From Candidatus Latescibacterota bacterium (GTDB lineage: Bacteria > Latescibacterota > UBA2968 > UBA8231): a DNA stretch of 64,000 nucleotides. The notes under the pieces are model-generated. The model worked only from the letters and a program-made list of their open reading frames with translations. It was not told where the DNA came from and ran no database searches. The stretch spans positions 320,001-384,000 of the forward strand of contig OZ242005.1 in assembly GCA_965204725.1 (NCBI GenBank). The letters are read 5' to 3'. The translations under genes were made by a program, and so were the position numbers. This document shows positions 30,201 to 39,740 of this stretch, one piece after another; the stretch's first letter is position 1; each line of letters begins with the position of its first letter.

Positions 30201-31028
30201 GGAGCGGCTAGCCGGCGCGTATTCCCAGCGGCTGACCGGCTCGGCCCAAAACAAGACAAAATCGTCCGCGTCCAAGCGGCCATCGCCCCCGTCTTCTACC
30301 GCCAAGCCCACTTCCGCCATGGCTTGGGGCGGGGCCACCTCGCTGAGGGACAAGGCTTGGCCGCCTCCGTAGTACAGGCGCAAACTCGCCGGATCGACAT
30401 CCCCGAGCGACACCCCGGCGGCCTCAAAGTCGGCACCCGATACCCTGTACATGCCCGCTTCCAAGACGAAGACACGCAGCCACGTCCCACCCTGCAACGC
30501 GGCCTTGGCCGCCGGCCGCCGCTTGGGTGGCAATCGCCAGTTCCTCGCTTGCTCATGATTGACGAGCACCCCTCGGTAGAATGCTTCGCCCCAAGGGTCG
30601 GCAACGCGGGTGCCGCCACTACCGGTCACGTGTAGATCAACGACGATGCGATCGTACAGGGTCCGCGTCCCGTCTGCCTCGATGTGCGGCGCAAACGCCA
30701 CCGGAACGACCCGTTGACGCCGCACCAAACCGCTCTCGCCGAGAAAGACCGGGCCGGGCGTGGGCGCGTCGTCTAAAGCAGCGCGATCGGTGCGCACCAC
30801 GTGGGCTTCGACCAGTTCCAAGCGAACCTGTCCATCGCTGGGGACGCCGATCAAGGCACCGCGTCCCCGCTCCAATTCTTGGCCCTCGGGACGCCAAACC
30901 AACCGCACGCGCTGGGGCGTCTGCTCGCTTACGCGCAGTTCCGCCGTGGCCGCACTCCCGCAAAAAAGCGCGAGCACCCAAAAACAGCACTTAAATCGCA
31001 TGAAAATGGTATAGGTGGGATTGGTCAT
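27297..31028 (-). CDS. porU: PorU-like sortase (peptidase C25, gingipain family)
   Basis: IYDEFSGG..DPAAIRNF, GDGSYDYK, IGRLPV, YLGHG, LFGDPA, SGIN..G..GH, LKAWDNFNN, CTD. Start 31028 or 31001. Confidence 0.88.
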   Translation of the reverse strand: MTNPTYTIFMRFKCCFWVLALFCGSAATAELRVSEQTPQRVRLVWRPEGQELERGRGALIGVPSDGQVRLELVEAHVVRTDRAALDDAPTPGPVFLGESGLVRRQRVVPVAFAPHIEADGTRTLYDRIVVDLHVTGSGGTRVADPWGEAFYRGVLVNHEQARNWRLPPKRRPAAKAALQGGTWLRVFVLEAGMYRVSGADFEAAGVSLGDVDPASLRLYYGGGQALSLSEVAPPQAMAEVGLAVEDGGDGRLDADDFVLFWAEPVSRWEYAPASRSFQYRHNLYTHENAYWLGFGGGVEGRRAEQRSGALTAPDPQQPTSYRVRIHEEAEQFVLTQLSGIKSGYTWYWEDFRGNARNFPVVVRQAAPEPVAVRLGFIRGSETRPRFSVRWNEETIGTVAFTTEERYVASDTLWAALGAQEGLNHLGVFHSGSPARFDWYEVEYSRGFVAERGQLNFTYPLTGVTQFRLAGFAAEPPRIFEVSAGLAEVVDFAYEAQDGAVIFQDRPGDVPRQYAVGGPATWKRPVRIELDSPGNLTAGARGADWVAIYHRDFRAAAERLAQWRAADDRLGPPLQTAAIDIQDIYDEFSGGLLDPAAIRNFLAYAAEHWDPAPMFVALIGDGSYDYKNNSSISQGHWIPAYQDGDSTYDEWYTRVVGGDLFPDLAIGRLPVQTAAAADALADKIIAYDRAPEVGPWQSQVLLVSDDLLNRDHPNRVESFFIRDSEYMARRVLPEVLDLTKLYTAQFPLEGREKPRARDEFIRLFNKGALILTYLGHGSFDRLAHESLFLLSRDLDKLNNGGRLPLFFTAASQVGVFDDPVRISMPEGLLLKEDGGVIGMICATRLGYHDTNVQLANEFYRRLYHTERKHVPIGLALTEAKQLLLPIYNPTGTKTFRNIQRYSLFGDPATRLAMPRFQVQLERPDSLRALGEVVVTGQVLDAAGAPATTYKGQVWLQAFDSREESELEGFSYQQTGAPIFRGRFLVAEGRFRAAFRVPKDITYGGQNGRISAYVWSDDSPAALGATEGLVLAGTAAGVEADVEGPEISLRFEGAKGSNIPRQTVLLASIADPSGINITGETGHEIELAVDDELFTLTDLYSVQGGDYRQGVVEFPLPELETGPHEIRLKAWDNFNNSSRATVSVSVGDDEADAGLAHVLFYPNPMRDRGYFTYQLADDMRSVQIEVFSLAGRLIEQLDGPTRAGYNQVPWTPPAGLANGAYICRIEAERESGVAVARRAVLQVAK

Positions 31029-31093
31029 TTGGTCGTGGTGATTAGCACTTTTAAGGTCATTCCAAGCCCCTTTTTTGTCAAGGGCATCTCGCC

Positions 31094-31122
31094 TTGACTT
31101 ATCGGCTCAGCGCCGCTATGTT
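31094..31122 (+). promoter_or_regulatory. Probable sigma70 promoter of rpmB
   Basis: TTGACT, 17 nt, TATGTT, followed by a GGAGG RBS. Confidence 0.55.
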
Positions 31123-31149
31123 TGATGGTTTCTTAACAGGGAGGCACTC

Positions 31150-31377
31150 ATGGCCAGACAATGCAGCCTGACCAATGTTAAGGGCCTAGTTGGCAACAAC
31201 GTCAGCCACTCGCAGCGCAAAACCAAGCGCGTCCAACAGCCCAACCTCATCAAAAAGCGCATCTTCATTCCCGAGAAAAACCGCACCGTCACCCTCCGCC
31301 TGACCGCCCGCGCCCTGCGTACCTTAAACAAAAAAGGCGCTTATCAGTTCCTGAAAGAAAAAGGGATTGAGGTCTGA
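31150..31377 (+). CDS. rpmB: 50S ribosomal protein L28
   Basis: GNNVSHS..KTKR...PNL motif. Confidence 0.96.
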   Translation: MARQCSLTNVKGLVGNNVSHSQRKTKRVQQPNLIKKRIFIPEKNRTVTLRLTARALRTLNKKGAYQFLKEKGIEV

Positions 31378-31405
31378 GCGGCCCCAACCCTAGCCCTTCG
31401 CGCCG

Positions 31406-32521
31406 ATGAACCTAGGCGACGACGCAGCCGACGCCATCCAAGAGCGCGTTCGCCACGCCCTAGCCGAAAACGCGGCCTTGAAAATTTTTGCCGGCCGCAC
31501 GAAGTCCTTTCTCGGACGCCAGCACGACGGAATTCCCCTCGATCTCTCCGCCCTAACCGGCATCGTCAGCTACGAGCCAGACGAATTGGTCTTAGTCGCC
31601 CGCCCGGGCACCAAGCTGAGCGAGATAGAAGCCCTGTGCCGGAGCGAAAACCAGTACTTCGCTTTCGAGCCGCCCGCTTGGGGTGCGGCCGCGACCATCG
31701 GCGGCACTGTGGCCTGCAACCTGTCGGGGCCGCGGCGCTTCAAGCTGGGTGCCCTGCGCGATCACTTGCTCGGTGCTGAGTTGATCGACGGCTGCGGCGA
31801 GCGAATTCGCACCGGCGGCAAAGTCGTCAAAAACGTCACGGGGTACGACCTGTCCAAAGTGCTGGCCGGCTCCTTCGGAACGCTCGGAGTGCTTACCGAA
31901 GTCTGCCTCAAGGTCTGGCCCTGCCCGCAAACCCAAGCAACCCTGTTCATTTACGGGGCAACGCCCGCAGGGGCATTGGAGCGGATTCTCGACTGGGCAG
32001 CGCGGCCCTTGCAAATCACGGGCCTAGCGTGCGACGCCGACCGGGTAGCCGCCCGCGTCGAAGGCCCGGCACCAGCGGTGCGGAAGCAGCTAGCCACGCT
32101 GCGCGCAGGAGAATCAGCCGAGTCAGAGGTCATAGAAGAAGCCGAATCGCGGGCCTTCTGGCGGCGCTGGCGCGAGCTCGAATGGCTGGTCCCGGCCGCC
32201 GGCGAACAACGCTGGCGCTTTTCTGGACCGCCGACCCGGATGGTGCAGCTCATGGAAGCCCTAAAGGCCGAGGGGCTGAGCCGCTGGGGGCTGGACTGGG
32301 CCGGCGGCTTGCTGTGGGCGCTGTTGCCGGTAGCCGCCCAAGCCGCGCACTTGCAGCGCACCGCAGCACACCACCAAGCCCTCGGCTGGCGTTTTGCAGC
32401 CGACGAACACAACGACGACGCCTTTACCCCGCTCAGCCCCGGCGCGGCGCGCATGAACCAGATGCTCAAGCGCGCCCTCGACCCCCAAGGCATTTTCAAC
32501 CGCGGCAAAATGTACGCCTAG
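31406..32521 (+). CDS. glcE: Glycolate oxidase FAD-binding subunit GlcE
   Basis: GIVSYEPDEL, FEPP, ATIGG, GGKVVKNVTGYDLSK, GSFGTLG, LDPQGIFN. Confidence 0.88.
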   Translation: MNLGDDAADAIQERVRHALAENAALKIFAGRTKSFLGRQHDGIPLDLSALTGIVSYEPDELVLVARPGTKLSEIEALCRSENQYFAFEPPAWGAAATIGGTVACNLSGPRRFKLGALRDHLLGAELIDGCGERIRTGGKVVKNVTGYDLSKVLAGSFGTLGVLTEVCLKVWPCPQTQATLFIYGATPAGALERILDWAARPLQITGLACDADRVAARVEGPAPAVRKQLATLRAGESAESEVIEEAESRAFWRRWRELEWLVPAAGEQRWRFSGPPTRMVQLMEALKAEGLSRWGLDWAGGLLWALLPVAAQAAHLQRTAAHHQALGWRFAADEHNDDAFTPLSPGAARMNQMLKRALDPQGIFNRGKMYA

Positions 32522-33702
32522 TATATCTCGCCTGGGCGATAGTCCGGCGGTGGCGTTTTCCGGTCGCTGAGCCACAGCGCTCGCCCAACCCGCGCTTGGA
32601 CGTATTGATAGTCATAGCTCGCATCGGGAGCGGCGATGTTGCCTTGGGACGGATATTGGGCAATCGCCTCCTCAATGAGGTCCACGCCCAGCCCGGGTGC
32701 ATCCGGGACCGCAATATGGCTATCTACGACTTGGGGTTGGCCGCTCATTACCTCGTAGCGCTGCGGCACATCGTCGGCCAAGTGCTCCAAGATCAAAAAG
32801 TTGGGCAACGTGGCCATTAGGTGGACCGCGGCCATTTCGGCCACCGGCCCCAACGAGCCGTCGTGCGGCGCGACCGTGCAGTAGTGCGCCTCGGCCATAG
32901 CGGCGATCTTCTTCATCTGCCACAAGCCCCCAGCGCGGCCCGTATCCGGCTGGACCACATCGATAATTTCGCGCTCAATCAATTCCTTTACGCCCCAAAT
33001 CGTGGCGTGGCGCTCGCCCGCGGCCATGGGAATTTCTACTGCATCGGCCACTCGGGCGAGGGCGTCGATGTTTTCAGGGGCTACTGGGTCTTCGTAAAAC
33101 AGCAGGTCGTAGTCTTCGAGCGCGTGGCCCAAGGCAATAGCGTCGCGCGTCGTCAGCCAAGGCGGCCCGTGGACATCGACCATGAGATCGACCTCGTCGC
33201 CGACCTCCTTGCGGATGGCCGCGACCGTTTCGACGCAATTTTTGATTCCCCCAGTCTTTATCGCCGTATAGCCTTGATCGACCAAGGCGCGCGCCCGCTC
33301 TTTTTCGTGTGCGTGGGCATAGACCCGCACCCGGTCGCGCATCTTGCCGCCCAATAGGTTCCACACCGGCTGCCCCAGGGCCTTGCCCTTGAGGTCCCAC
33401 AGGGCCATCTCAATGCCCGTCATGGCACCCGAGCCGACAATGCCGGTCATGCCGTGGCCCATCATCGCCACCTGCATCTTACCCCACAGCCGCTCGATGT
33501 GGAAGGGGTCCTCACCGATCATCAAAGGCGTCAGGTCGTGGATGGCCGTTTCGACCACGCGCGGCCAGCCCGACGCCTCGCCCACGCCGTAGAGGCCGGC
33601 GTCGGTCTCGACCTTGACGAAAAGCCAGTTGCGCGCCGACCAACCGCTCGCCTGCGGGGGCGCACACTGCATCAAATAGGTTTTGATCTGGGTAATTTTC
33701 AT
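32518..33702 (-). CDS. Mandelate racemase/muconate lactonizing enzyme family (galactonate dehydratase-like)
   Basis: IEMALWDLKGK, DLMVDVHG, FYEDP, AGER, QPDTGRAGG, PGLG. GGAG RBS before ATG 33702. Confidence 0.88.
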   Translation of the reverse strand: MKITQIKTYLMQCAPPQASGWSARNWLFVKVETDAGLYGVGEASGWPRVVETAIHDLTPLMIGEDPFHIERLWGKMQVAMMGHGMTGIVGSGAMTGIEMALWDLKGKALGQPVWNLLGGKMRDRVRVYAHAHEKERARALVDQGYTAIKTGGIKNCVETVAAIRKEVGDEVDLMVDVHGPPWLTTRDAIALGHALEDYDLLFYEDPVAPENIDALARVADAVEIPMAAGERHATIWGVKELIEREIIDVVQPDTGRAGGLWQMKKIAAMAEAHYCTVAPHDGSLGPVAEMAAVHLMATLPNFLILEHLADDVPQRYEVMSGQPQVVDSHIAVPDAPGLGVDLIEEAIAQYPSQGNIAAPDASYDYQYVQARVGRALWLSDRKTPPPDYRPGEIY

Positions 33703-33784
33703 AGCGGTCTCCCCGTGTTGTGATGGAGCGACAAGTATAAGCCAGCGCACAAAATCAATCCATTGCCGACGCCCCGAGCGCAAA

Positions 33785-33813
33785 TTGACAGGCATATTTT
33801 CAATCGTTAGCTT
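33785..33813 (+). promoter_or_regulatory. Probable sigma70 promoter for the polyprenyl synthase-apbE-secDF operon
   Basis: TTGACA, 17 nt, TAGCTT in an AT-rich divergent intergenic region. Confidence 0.5.
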
Positions 33814-33837
33814 CTAAATTTTCTATTTAGCGATTCA

Positions 33838-34827
33838 ATGCCCACAGATGCCTTTCTCATGGATCCCTGCATAGGTCTGATCGATCAAGAATTGGCTCGG
33901 TTTGAAAAGCGGCTCAACGCCGCGCTCAACGCCGATGTCGAGTTGGTCCACGTCATTGCCCGCTACATGGCGACGCTCAAGGGCAAGCGCCTCCGGCCCG
34001 CCCTTACCTTGCTCGTGGCGAAAGCGTCCGGCGACTGGAACGAACAGCTAATCGATTCGGCCGTGGCGGTCGAGATGATTCACGCGGCCACGATGGCCCA
34101 CGACGACGTAGTGGATTCAGCGACCGTGCGCCGAGGGCGAGAGACGGTCAACCAGCGCTGGAACGGGCAGACCGCCGTTCTCATGGGCGATTTTCTCCTC
34201 GCCCGCGCCCTGCGCCTGCTGATTGAGGTCGGCAATTTGCAGGTCCTGAGCGTCGTCGCACACGCCACCGAGCGGCTGAGCATGGGCGAAATTTTTGAAA
34301 TCCAAATCGGCACTCAGTGCGATACGCGCCAAGCGTCGTACTTTGCCATGGTCAGCGACAAGACGGCTTCCCTGATCTCGGCCGCAACCCGGATTGGCGC
34401 GATCCTCGCCGGCGCGTCGGACGAGGTAGTGCAATCCATGGGGTGCTACGGAGAATCGCTCGGTCGCGCCTTCCAAGTCGCCGACGACATTCTCGACCTC
34501 ACCAGCGATCAGGCCACCATGGGCAAGCCCGTCGGGCACGACCTGCGCGAAGGCAAAATCACCTTGCCATTGATACGCGCCTTACAGCAAGCTCCCGCAG
34601 AAGCGCGGGCCGAGATGGAGACCCTTTTGGCCGGGCCGGACAAGGACGAAGCCGAATGGAAGCAGATCGTGGCCTTTGTCGAGCAGTACCAAGGGGTCGC
34701 CGCGGCCACCGAGATCGCGCACGAATACGCCACCCACGCGCAGCAATGTTTAGAGGTCCTAGCCCCTTCCCCGGCTCGCGCCGCACTAGAACGCGCCGTG
34801 CAGCTCGTCGTCGAACGCAGCAATTGA
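33838..34827 (+). CDS. Polyprenyl diphosphate synthase (IspB/HepT-like)
   Basis: GKRLRP, HDDVVD...RRG, KTA, FQVADDILD, GK..GHDLREGKITLP. Confidence 0.93.
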   Translation: MPTDAFLMDPCIGLIDQELARFEKRLNAALNADVELVHVIARYMATLKGKRLRPALTLLVAKASGDWNEQLIDSAVAVEMIHAATMAHDDVVDSATVRRGRETVNQRWNGQTAVLMGDFLLARALRLLIEVGNLQVLSVVAHATERLSMGEIFEIQIGTQCDTRQASYFAMVSDKTASLISAATRIGAILAGASDEVVQSMGCYGESLGRAFQVADDILDLTSDQATMGKPVGHDLREGKITLPLIRALQQAPAEARAEMETLLAGPDKDEAEWKQIVAFVEQYQGVAAATEIAHEYATHAQQCLEVLAPSPARAALERAVQLVVERSN

Positions 34828-34839
34828 CGCGACCAGTCC

Positions 34840-35883
34840 ATGCTCAAGCGCAGTCTGCTGGCCGTAGGCGGGTTGGCCGCGGTCCTGTACTTTCTGCCGG
34901 CCCCCCAGCCCGCCGCGCCGGTGAGCGCAGACCGCCTCTTGTTAGGAACCCTCGTCACGGTCAAACTCTACGGAGACGAAGCAGTGGTTCGCCCGCACTT
35001 AGCGGCGGCGTACGCAGAGATCGCCCGCGTCGATTCGGCGATGAGCCACTACCGCGAGGGCGGCGCATTGCGGCGACTCGAACAGCAGGCGCGGCTCGCT
35101 CCAACGCGCGGCTCGGCCGGGCTGATTGCGGTCTTGGCGCGCAGCCAGCATTTCGCCGCGTTGACCGATGGTGCCTTTGACTGCACGATGGGAGCATTGA
35201 CCAGTCTGTGGAATTTTCCCGCTGCGGTCGCACCGCCTACCCCGGAGCAGATTGATTCGGCACGGGCACGGGTGGGCTACGAAGCGTTGGAGGTTGCCGC
35301 CCAACCCCAGACGTTTCGGATCAACCGGGCTGGGGTGCGGTTGGATTTGGGGGCCGCGGCCAAAGGCTACGCGGTTGACCAAGCGGTCGCGGCCATGCGG
35401 GAATTGGCCGTGGAGGCCGGAGTAATCGAGGCCGGGGGCGACATTCGCTATTGGGGCGCAAAGCCGGACGGGCGGCCTTGGCTTTTTGGGGTCCAGCACC
35501 CGCGCTCCCCAGCGCAATACATCGCAGTAGAGGACCTCGGGCTCGCGGCGATTGCGACCTCGGGCGACTACGAGCAATACTTTGATTGGGAAGGCACGCG
35601 CTATCACCACTTGCTCGACCCCAAGACCGGCTATCCAGCGCGGGCGAGCATAAGTGCCACCGTGTGGGCCGCGACTGCTCTCGACGCCGACATCTTGGCG
35701 ACCGCGGTCTTCGTCCTAGGGCCGGACCAAGGGCTCGCCCTCGTCGAGGGCCTAGCGGACGTCGAGGGCTTCGTTTTCTTTGAGCGAGACGGGCAGCTCA
35801 TGCACCGGGCCTCAAGCGGGATGAAGGGCCGCTTTCGCTTTTGCAATAGCAGCAAACTTTCGCCGGGCTGCGCCCGGCAATAG
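34840..35883 (+). CDS. apbE: FAD:protein FMN transferase ApbE
   Basis: DLGAAAKGYAVD, GGDI, ATSGDYEQ, YHHLLDPKTGYP, ADILAT. Confidence 0.93.
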   Translation: MLKRSLLAVGGLAAVLYFLPAPQPAAPVSADRLLLGTLVTVKLYGDEAVVRPHLAAAYAEIARVDSAMSHYREGGALRRLEQQARLAPTRGSAGLIAVLARSQHFAALTDGAFDCTMGALTSLWNFPAAVAPPTPEQIDSARARVGYEALEVAAQPQTFRINRAGVRLDLGAAAKGYAVDQAVAAMRELAVEAGVIEAGGDIRYWGAKPDGRPWLFGVQHPRSPAQYIAVEDLGLAAIATSGDYEQYFDWEGTRYHHLLDPKTGYPARASISATVWAATALDADILATAVFVLGPDQGLALVEGLADVEGFVFFERDGQLMHRASSGMKGRFRFCNSSKLSPGCARQ

Positions 35884-35902
35884 CGGAGTAAAGACAACTC
35901 TT

Positions 35903-38434
35903 ATGAAACGCAACCGGAAATTCGTGCTGATCCTAGCACTGATCGCGGCCGCAGTGTACTACCTCCTGCCAAGCGTGGAATTTTACAGCATGACGCACGA
36001 CGAGCGAGAAGCCATGGGGCTGAAGTCCCCCGACCAGCTCGTCGATTTAAAAAAGCACTCGCTCAACTTGGGGCTAGACTTGCAGGGCGGCATCCACCTC
36101 GTCCTAGAGGTCAAGACCGAGGGGTTAGAGCAGCAGGACGCCCAAGACGCGGTCGCCCAAGCACAGGAAGTCATCCGCAACCGCATCGATCAGTTCGGGG
36201 TGGCCGAGCCGACGATCCAGCGCCAAGGCGACAATCGCATCATCATCGAGTTGCCCGGCGTCCAAGACGTGCAGCGCGCCAAGGATCTAGTCGGCCAGAC
36301 CGCGCTTCTCGAATTCCAGCTCCTCGAACCTTCTGAGGACCGCGCTCGCCTAATCCAGCGCCTCGACCAAGCGCTAGCCCCGCCAGAAGAGGGCGAAGCG
36401 GAAGAGGAAGAGGAAGAAGATCTCCTCCTTTCCTCCACGCGAGAAACCGCGCCCCTCTCCGCCCTGCTCAGTCCCGCCGGCGAAGACCTCACGGTTTCGG
36501 GCCGCGACTTGCTGCGCGTCAAGAACTTGCTCAACACCCCAGAGGCCCAAAAGCTCATCCCCGCCGACGTGGAATTTCTCTTTTCTAGCAAGCCCGCCGG
36601 CACCGAGGGCAATCCGTTCTACTTCCTCTACTTGGTGCGCGAGAAGCCGGAGATGACCGGGCACATGATTCAGGACGCCTTTGTCTCCATCGGCCAAGTC
36701 GTCGAGTACATGGGCCAGCCCATCGTCAACTTCTCGACCACCGACGAGGGGGTGCGGCTCTTCAGCCGCATCACGGGTTCACACGTCGGCGAGCGCATGG
36801 CCATCGTCCTCGACGAATCAGTGTACTCGGCCCCGGTCATCCAGAGCAAAATCAGCGAGGGGCGCGGTATCATCACCGGCAGCGGGACCCAAGAAGAGGC
36901 CAAAGACCTCGCCATCGTGCTGCGGGCCGGTGCGCTACCGGCCGAGGTGGAGATCATCGAGGACCGCACAGTAGGCCCCTCGCTGGGGCGCGACTCAATT
37001 GAGCAAGGCAAGACCGCGGCGATCTACAGCATGGTGCTTATCGCGATCTTCATGGTCCTTTACTATCGAGCAGCCGGGCTGATCGCCAACTCCGCCCTCC
37101 TGCTCAACATGCTCTTCATCATGGCGGTGCTAGCCGGTTTTCACGCCACCTTGACCTTGCCCGGCATCGCCGGCATCATCCTGACCATCGGCATGGCCGT
37201 CGATGCCAACGTGCTGATCTTCGAGCGCATCCGCGAAGAACTGCGCTCGGGCAAGACCATTCGCGCGGCCATCGATTCCGGCTATGGTCACGCGCTCTCG
37301 GCCATCATCGACGCCAATGTGACCACGTTCCTAGTTGGAGTCGTGCTCTATCAGTTCGGCACCGGGCCGATTCGCGGCTTTGCCTTGACCTTGTGCATCG
37401 GCATCATCTCCAGCCTCTTTACGGCCTTCTTTGTAACCCGCACCATTTTCGACTTGATCACCCGAAAGTCGCAACGATCCACCTTGAGCATCGGGCCGGT
37501 CGCGCTCTTCGCCAACCTAAACATCCGCTTCCTCTCCCTCCGCAACCTAGGGTTTGGGGCCTCGGCGGCCGTGCTACTGCTCGGCGGCGTCTCCATTTTG
37601 GGCATTCATGGCATCCGGCAGGGCATTGACTTTGCCGGCGGCACCTTGCTGGAGTTGCACTTCGACCCAGCCGTACAAGTCGAGGATATACGCAGCCAGC
37701 TTGGCCGCGTTCCCGTGGGCGATGCCGAGATCGATCTGAGCAAGAGCGAGATCAAGCAGTTCGGCTCGGAAAATGACATCCTCATCCGCGTCAGCGAAAG
37801 CGGGGCTGGCACCGAGGTGGCCGACGGCATTATGGAGGTTCTCAAGTCTGGGTTTGCCTCCAGTATCGCGGAGACGGAGTGGATTCGCCGCCAAGAAAAG
37901 GTCGGGCCTAAAATCGGCAGCGAACTGAGCAGCGCGGCCGTGCGGGCGATGTTGGTGGCCCTAGGGCTGATTCTGATCTACATGGCTTTGCGCTTCCACC
38001 GCTTCCTCTACGGGATCGCCGCGGTCGTCGCGCTTTTTCACGACGTGCTCATCACCCTCGGGTTGCTCTCGTTCTTCAACATTGAGATTACCCTCGCGGT
38101 GGTCGCCGCCCTGCTAGCCATTGTCGGCTACTCGCTCAACGATACGATTGTGGTCTTCGACCGCATCCGCGAGAATTTGCACACCGTCCGCCGACAGGGC
38201 TTTGAGGGCACGGTCAACCAGAGCATCAACGAGTGCTTGAGCCGCACGCTAATCACCTCGGCGACGACCCTACTGGCGGTGCTGGTGCTCATGATCTTTG
38301 GCGGCGAGGTCAACCGCGACTTTACTATCACTTTGCTGATCGGCGTCGTGGTCGGCACCTATTCGTCTGTATTCGTCGCCAGCCCGGTGCTTTACCTAGG
38401 CCAACAGCGGGCCGCGGCCAAAGGGACCCAGTAA
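35903..38434 (+). CDS. secDF: Fused protein translocase subunit SecDF
   Basis: LGLDLQGG, NRIDQFGVAEP, GMAVDANVLIFERIREE, GIDFAGG, GYSLNDTIVVFDRIREN. Confidence 0.96.
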   Translation: MKRNRKFVLILALIAAAVYYLLPSVEFYSMTHDEREAMGLKSPDQLVDLKKHSLNLGLDLQGGIHLVLEVKTEGLEQQDAQDAVAQAQEVIRNRIDQFGVAEPTIQRQGDNRIIIELPGVQDVQRAKDLVGQTALLEFQLLEPSEDRARLIQRLDQALAPPEEGEAEEEEEEDLLLSSTRETAPLSALLSPAGEDLTVSGRDLLRVKNLLNTPEAQKLIPADVEFLFSSKPAGTEGNPFYFLYLVREKPEMTGHMIQDAFVSIGQVVEYMGQPIVNFSTTDEGVRLFSRITGSHVGERMAIVLDESVYSAPVIQSKISEGRGIITGSGTQEEAKDLAIVLRAGALPAEVEIIEDRTVGPSLGRDSIEQGKTAAIYSMVLIAIFMVLYYRAAGLIANSALLLNMLFIMAVLAGFHATLTLPGIAGIILTIGMAVDANVLIFERIREELRSGKTIRAAIDSGYGHALSAIIDANVTTFLVGVVLYQFGTGPIRGFALTLCIGIISSLFTAFFVTRTIFDLITRKSQRSTLSIGPVALFANLNIRFLSLRNLGFGASAAVLLLGGVSILGIHGIRQGIDFAGGTLLELHFDPAVQVEDIRSQLGRVPVGDAEIDLSKSEIKQFGSENDILIRVSESGAGTEVADGIMEVLKSGFASSIAETEWIRRQEKVGPKIGSELSSAAVRAMLVALGLILIYMALRFHRFLYGIAAVVALFHDVLITLGLLSFFNIEITLAVVAALLAIVGYSLNDTIVVFDRIRENLHTVRRQGFEGTVNQSINECLSRTLITSATTLLAVLVLMIFGGEVNRDFTITLLIGVVVGTYSSVFVASPVLYLGQQRAAAKGTQ

Positions 38435-38467
38435 AGCCAGCTAGGCGGGGCGAGGCCGCCTCTCGCC

Positions 38468-39679
38468 ATGAAAACAATAGTCGTAGCTGCCTTTGTCCTG
38501 CTCCTGACTTATTACGGGCCGCTGCAAGATCGCTCCAGCCCCTTTGACGCCGCGTGGATGCTCGGCGCTCTGGCCCTCTTGGCCGCGGCGGGCGGCCAAC
38601 TAGCGCAGGCGATTCGCCTGCCGGCCCTCGTGGGGTGGGTCGGAGCGGGGATGTTGCTGGGCAGCGGCGGCTTGCAACTGGTCGATCTAGGCGCGTTTTC
38701 TCTCCACCAAATGCTCTTTCTCACGGCCGGCCTCGGGGTCGGGTTCCAAGTGGGGCTCCACGTGATATGGCCAGCGCATGTTTGGCGCATGCTTGGATTG
38801 GCCGCGGCGGCGACCGCGCTGATCTTCGCGGCCGTAACGGCGATTACCGCATTGCTCGGGTTGCCTTGGGAGCAAGCCGTACTCCTCGGCGCATTAGCCA
38901 GCTTGTGGGGGGCCTTCACCGGCGTCCCGGAAGTTGGGCGGCGCACCGCGCTGCTGCTGGCCGTGCTGGGGACGGGCTGCGCCCTCGGGGCGTTGAGTGG
39001 AGCACTGGTCTTGCTAAAAATCGGGACCGCTGGCTGGGTCGGGCGCGTCGGCCTGTCGCTGGTGGCCGGCGCCGGACTGGGGCTGGGGTTGCGCCTCTTG
39101 GGTCGGTTCGCTGTCCCGAGCGCGACCGTCGTCTCCGGCCTAGTGGGGGCTTTTTTCTTGGCGGCGCTCGGGCTGGATGTCCTCGGGCTGATGGCTCTGC
39201 CCTGCGGGCTGGTGGCGGGACTCGTGCAGGACGAGCAGCAAAGCCGCCGCGTGCGGCTCCTGCTGCACCGGGGTGCGCCGGTCGCCTTTATGCTCTTTTT
39301 CGCGCTGGTGGGAACCTCGCTGGAGCTCGGCGCGCTGTGGCCTCCCGTGGCCGGGCTGTACGAAGCGGCACTCGTGCTGGTGACCGTGCCCCTAATTCTG
39401 CGGGGACTGGCCTCTATGGCGTACTACCCGTTGCCCGGCCCCCACCCCCATCCGGGCTTTGGCTGGCGGCTTCTGCCGCGCGGCGCGTTGCTATTTGAGT
39501 TGTTCTACGGCCCGCACGGACTGGCCCCTTACGTAGGGGCCGAAGGGCTGGTGGCGCAGGTCGTGCTCTTGGACATCCTCTTTTCGACCCTGCTTTTCTC
39601 CTCCTTGGCAGCGCTCGTAGATGCGAGCCTTTTGGCGGCAGCAAAGGCCCGGCCCGCAAAAGACGGGGCGGCGGCTTAG
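38468..39679 (+). CDS. Multi-pass membrane protein, cation/proton antiporter-like (divergent)
   Basis: Many hydrophobic segments, RLPALVGW..AGMLLG and FFALVG motifs. Confidence 0.55.
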   Translation: MKTIVVAAFVLLLTYYGPLQDRSSPFDAAWMLGALALLAAAGGQLAQAIRLPALVGWVGAGMLLGSGGLQLVDLGAFSLHQMLFLTAGLGVGFQVGLHVIWPAHVWRMLGLAAAATALIFAAVTAITALLGLPWEQAVLLGALASLWGAFTGVPEVGRRTALLLAVLGTGCALGALSGALVLLKIGTAGWVGRVGLSLVAGAGLGLGLRLLGRFAVPSATVVSGLVGAFFLAALGLDVLGLMALPCGLVAGLVQDEQQSRRVRLLLHRGAPVAFMLFFALVGTSLELGALWPPVAGLYEAALVLVTVPLILRGLASMAYYPLPGPHPHPGFGWRLLPRGALLFELFYGPHGLAPYVGAEGLVAQVVLLDILFSTLLFSSLAALVDASLLAAAKARPAKDGAAA

Positions 39680-39740
39680 GTGCGCTGCTGGTTTGTGCCC
39701 AACTGGGCTGATTTGTATCTTTGATAGTCTAACATTTTGC

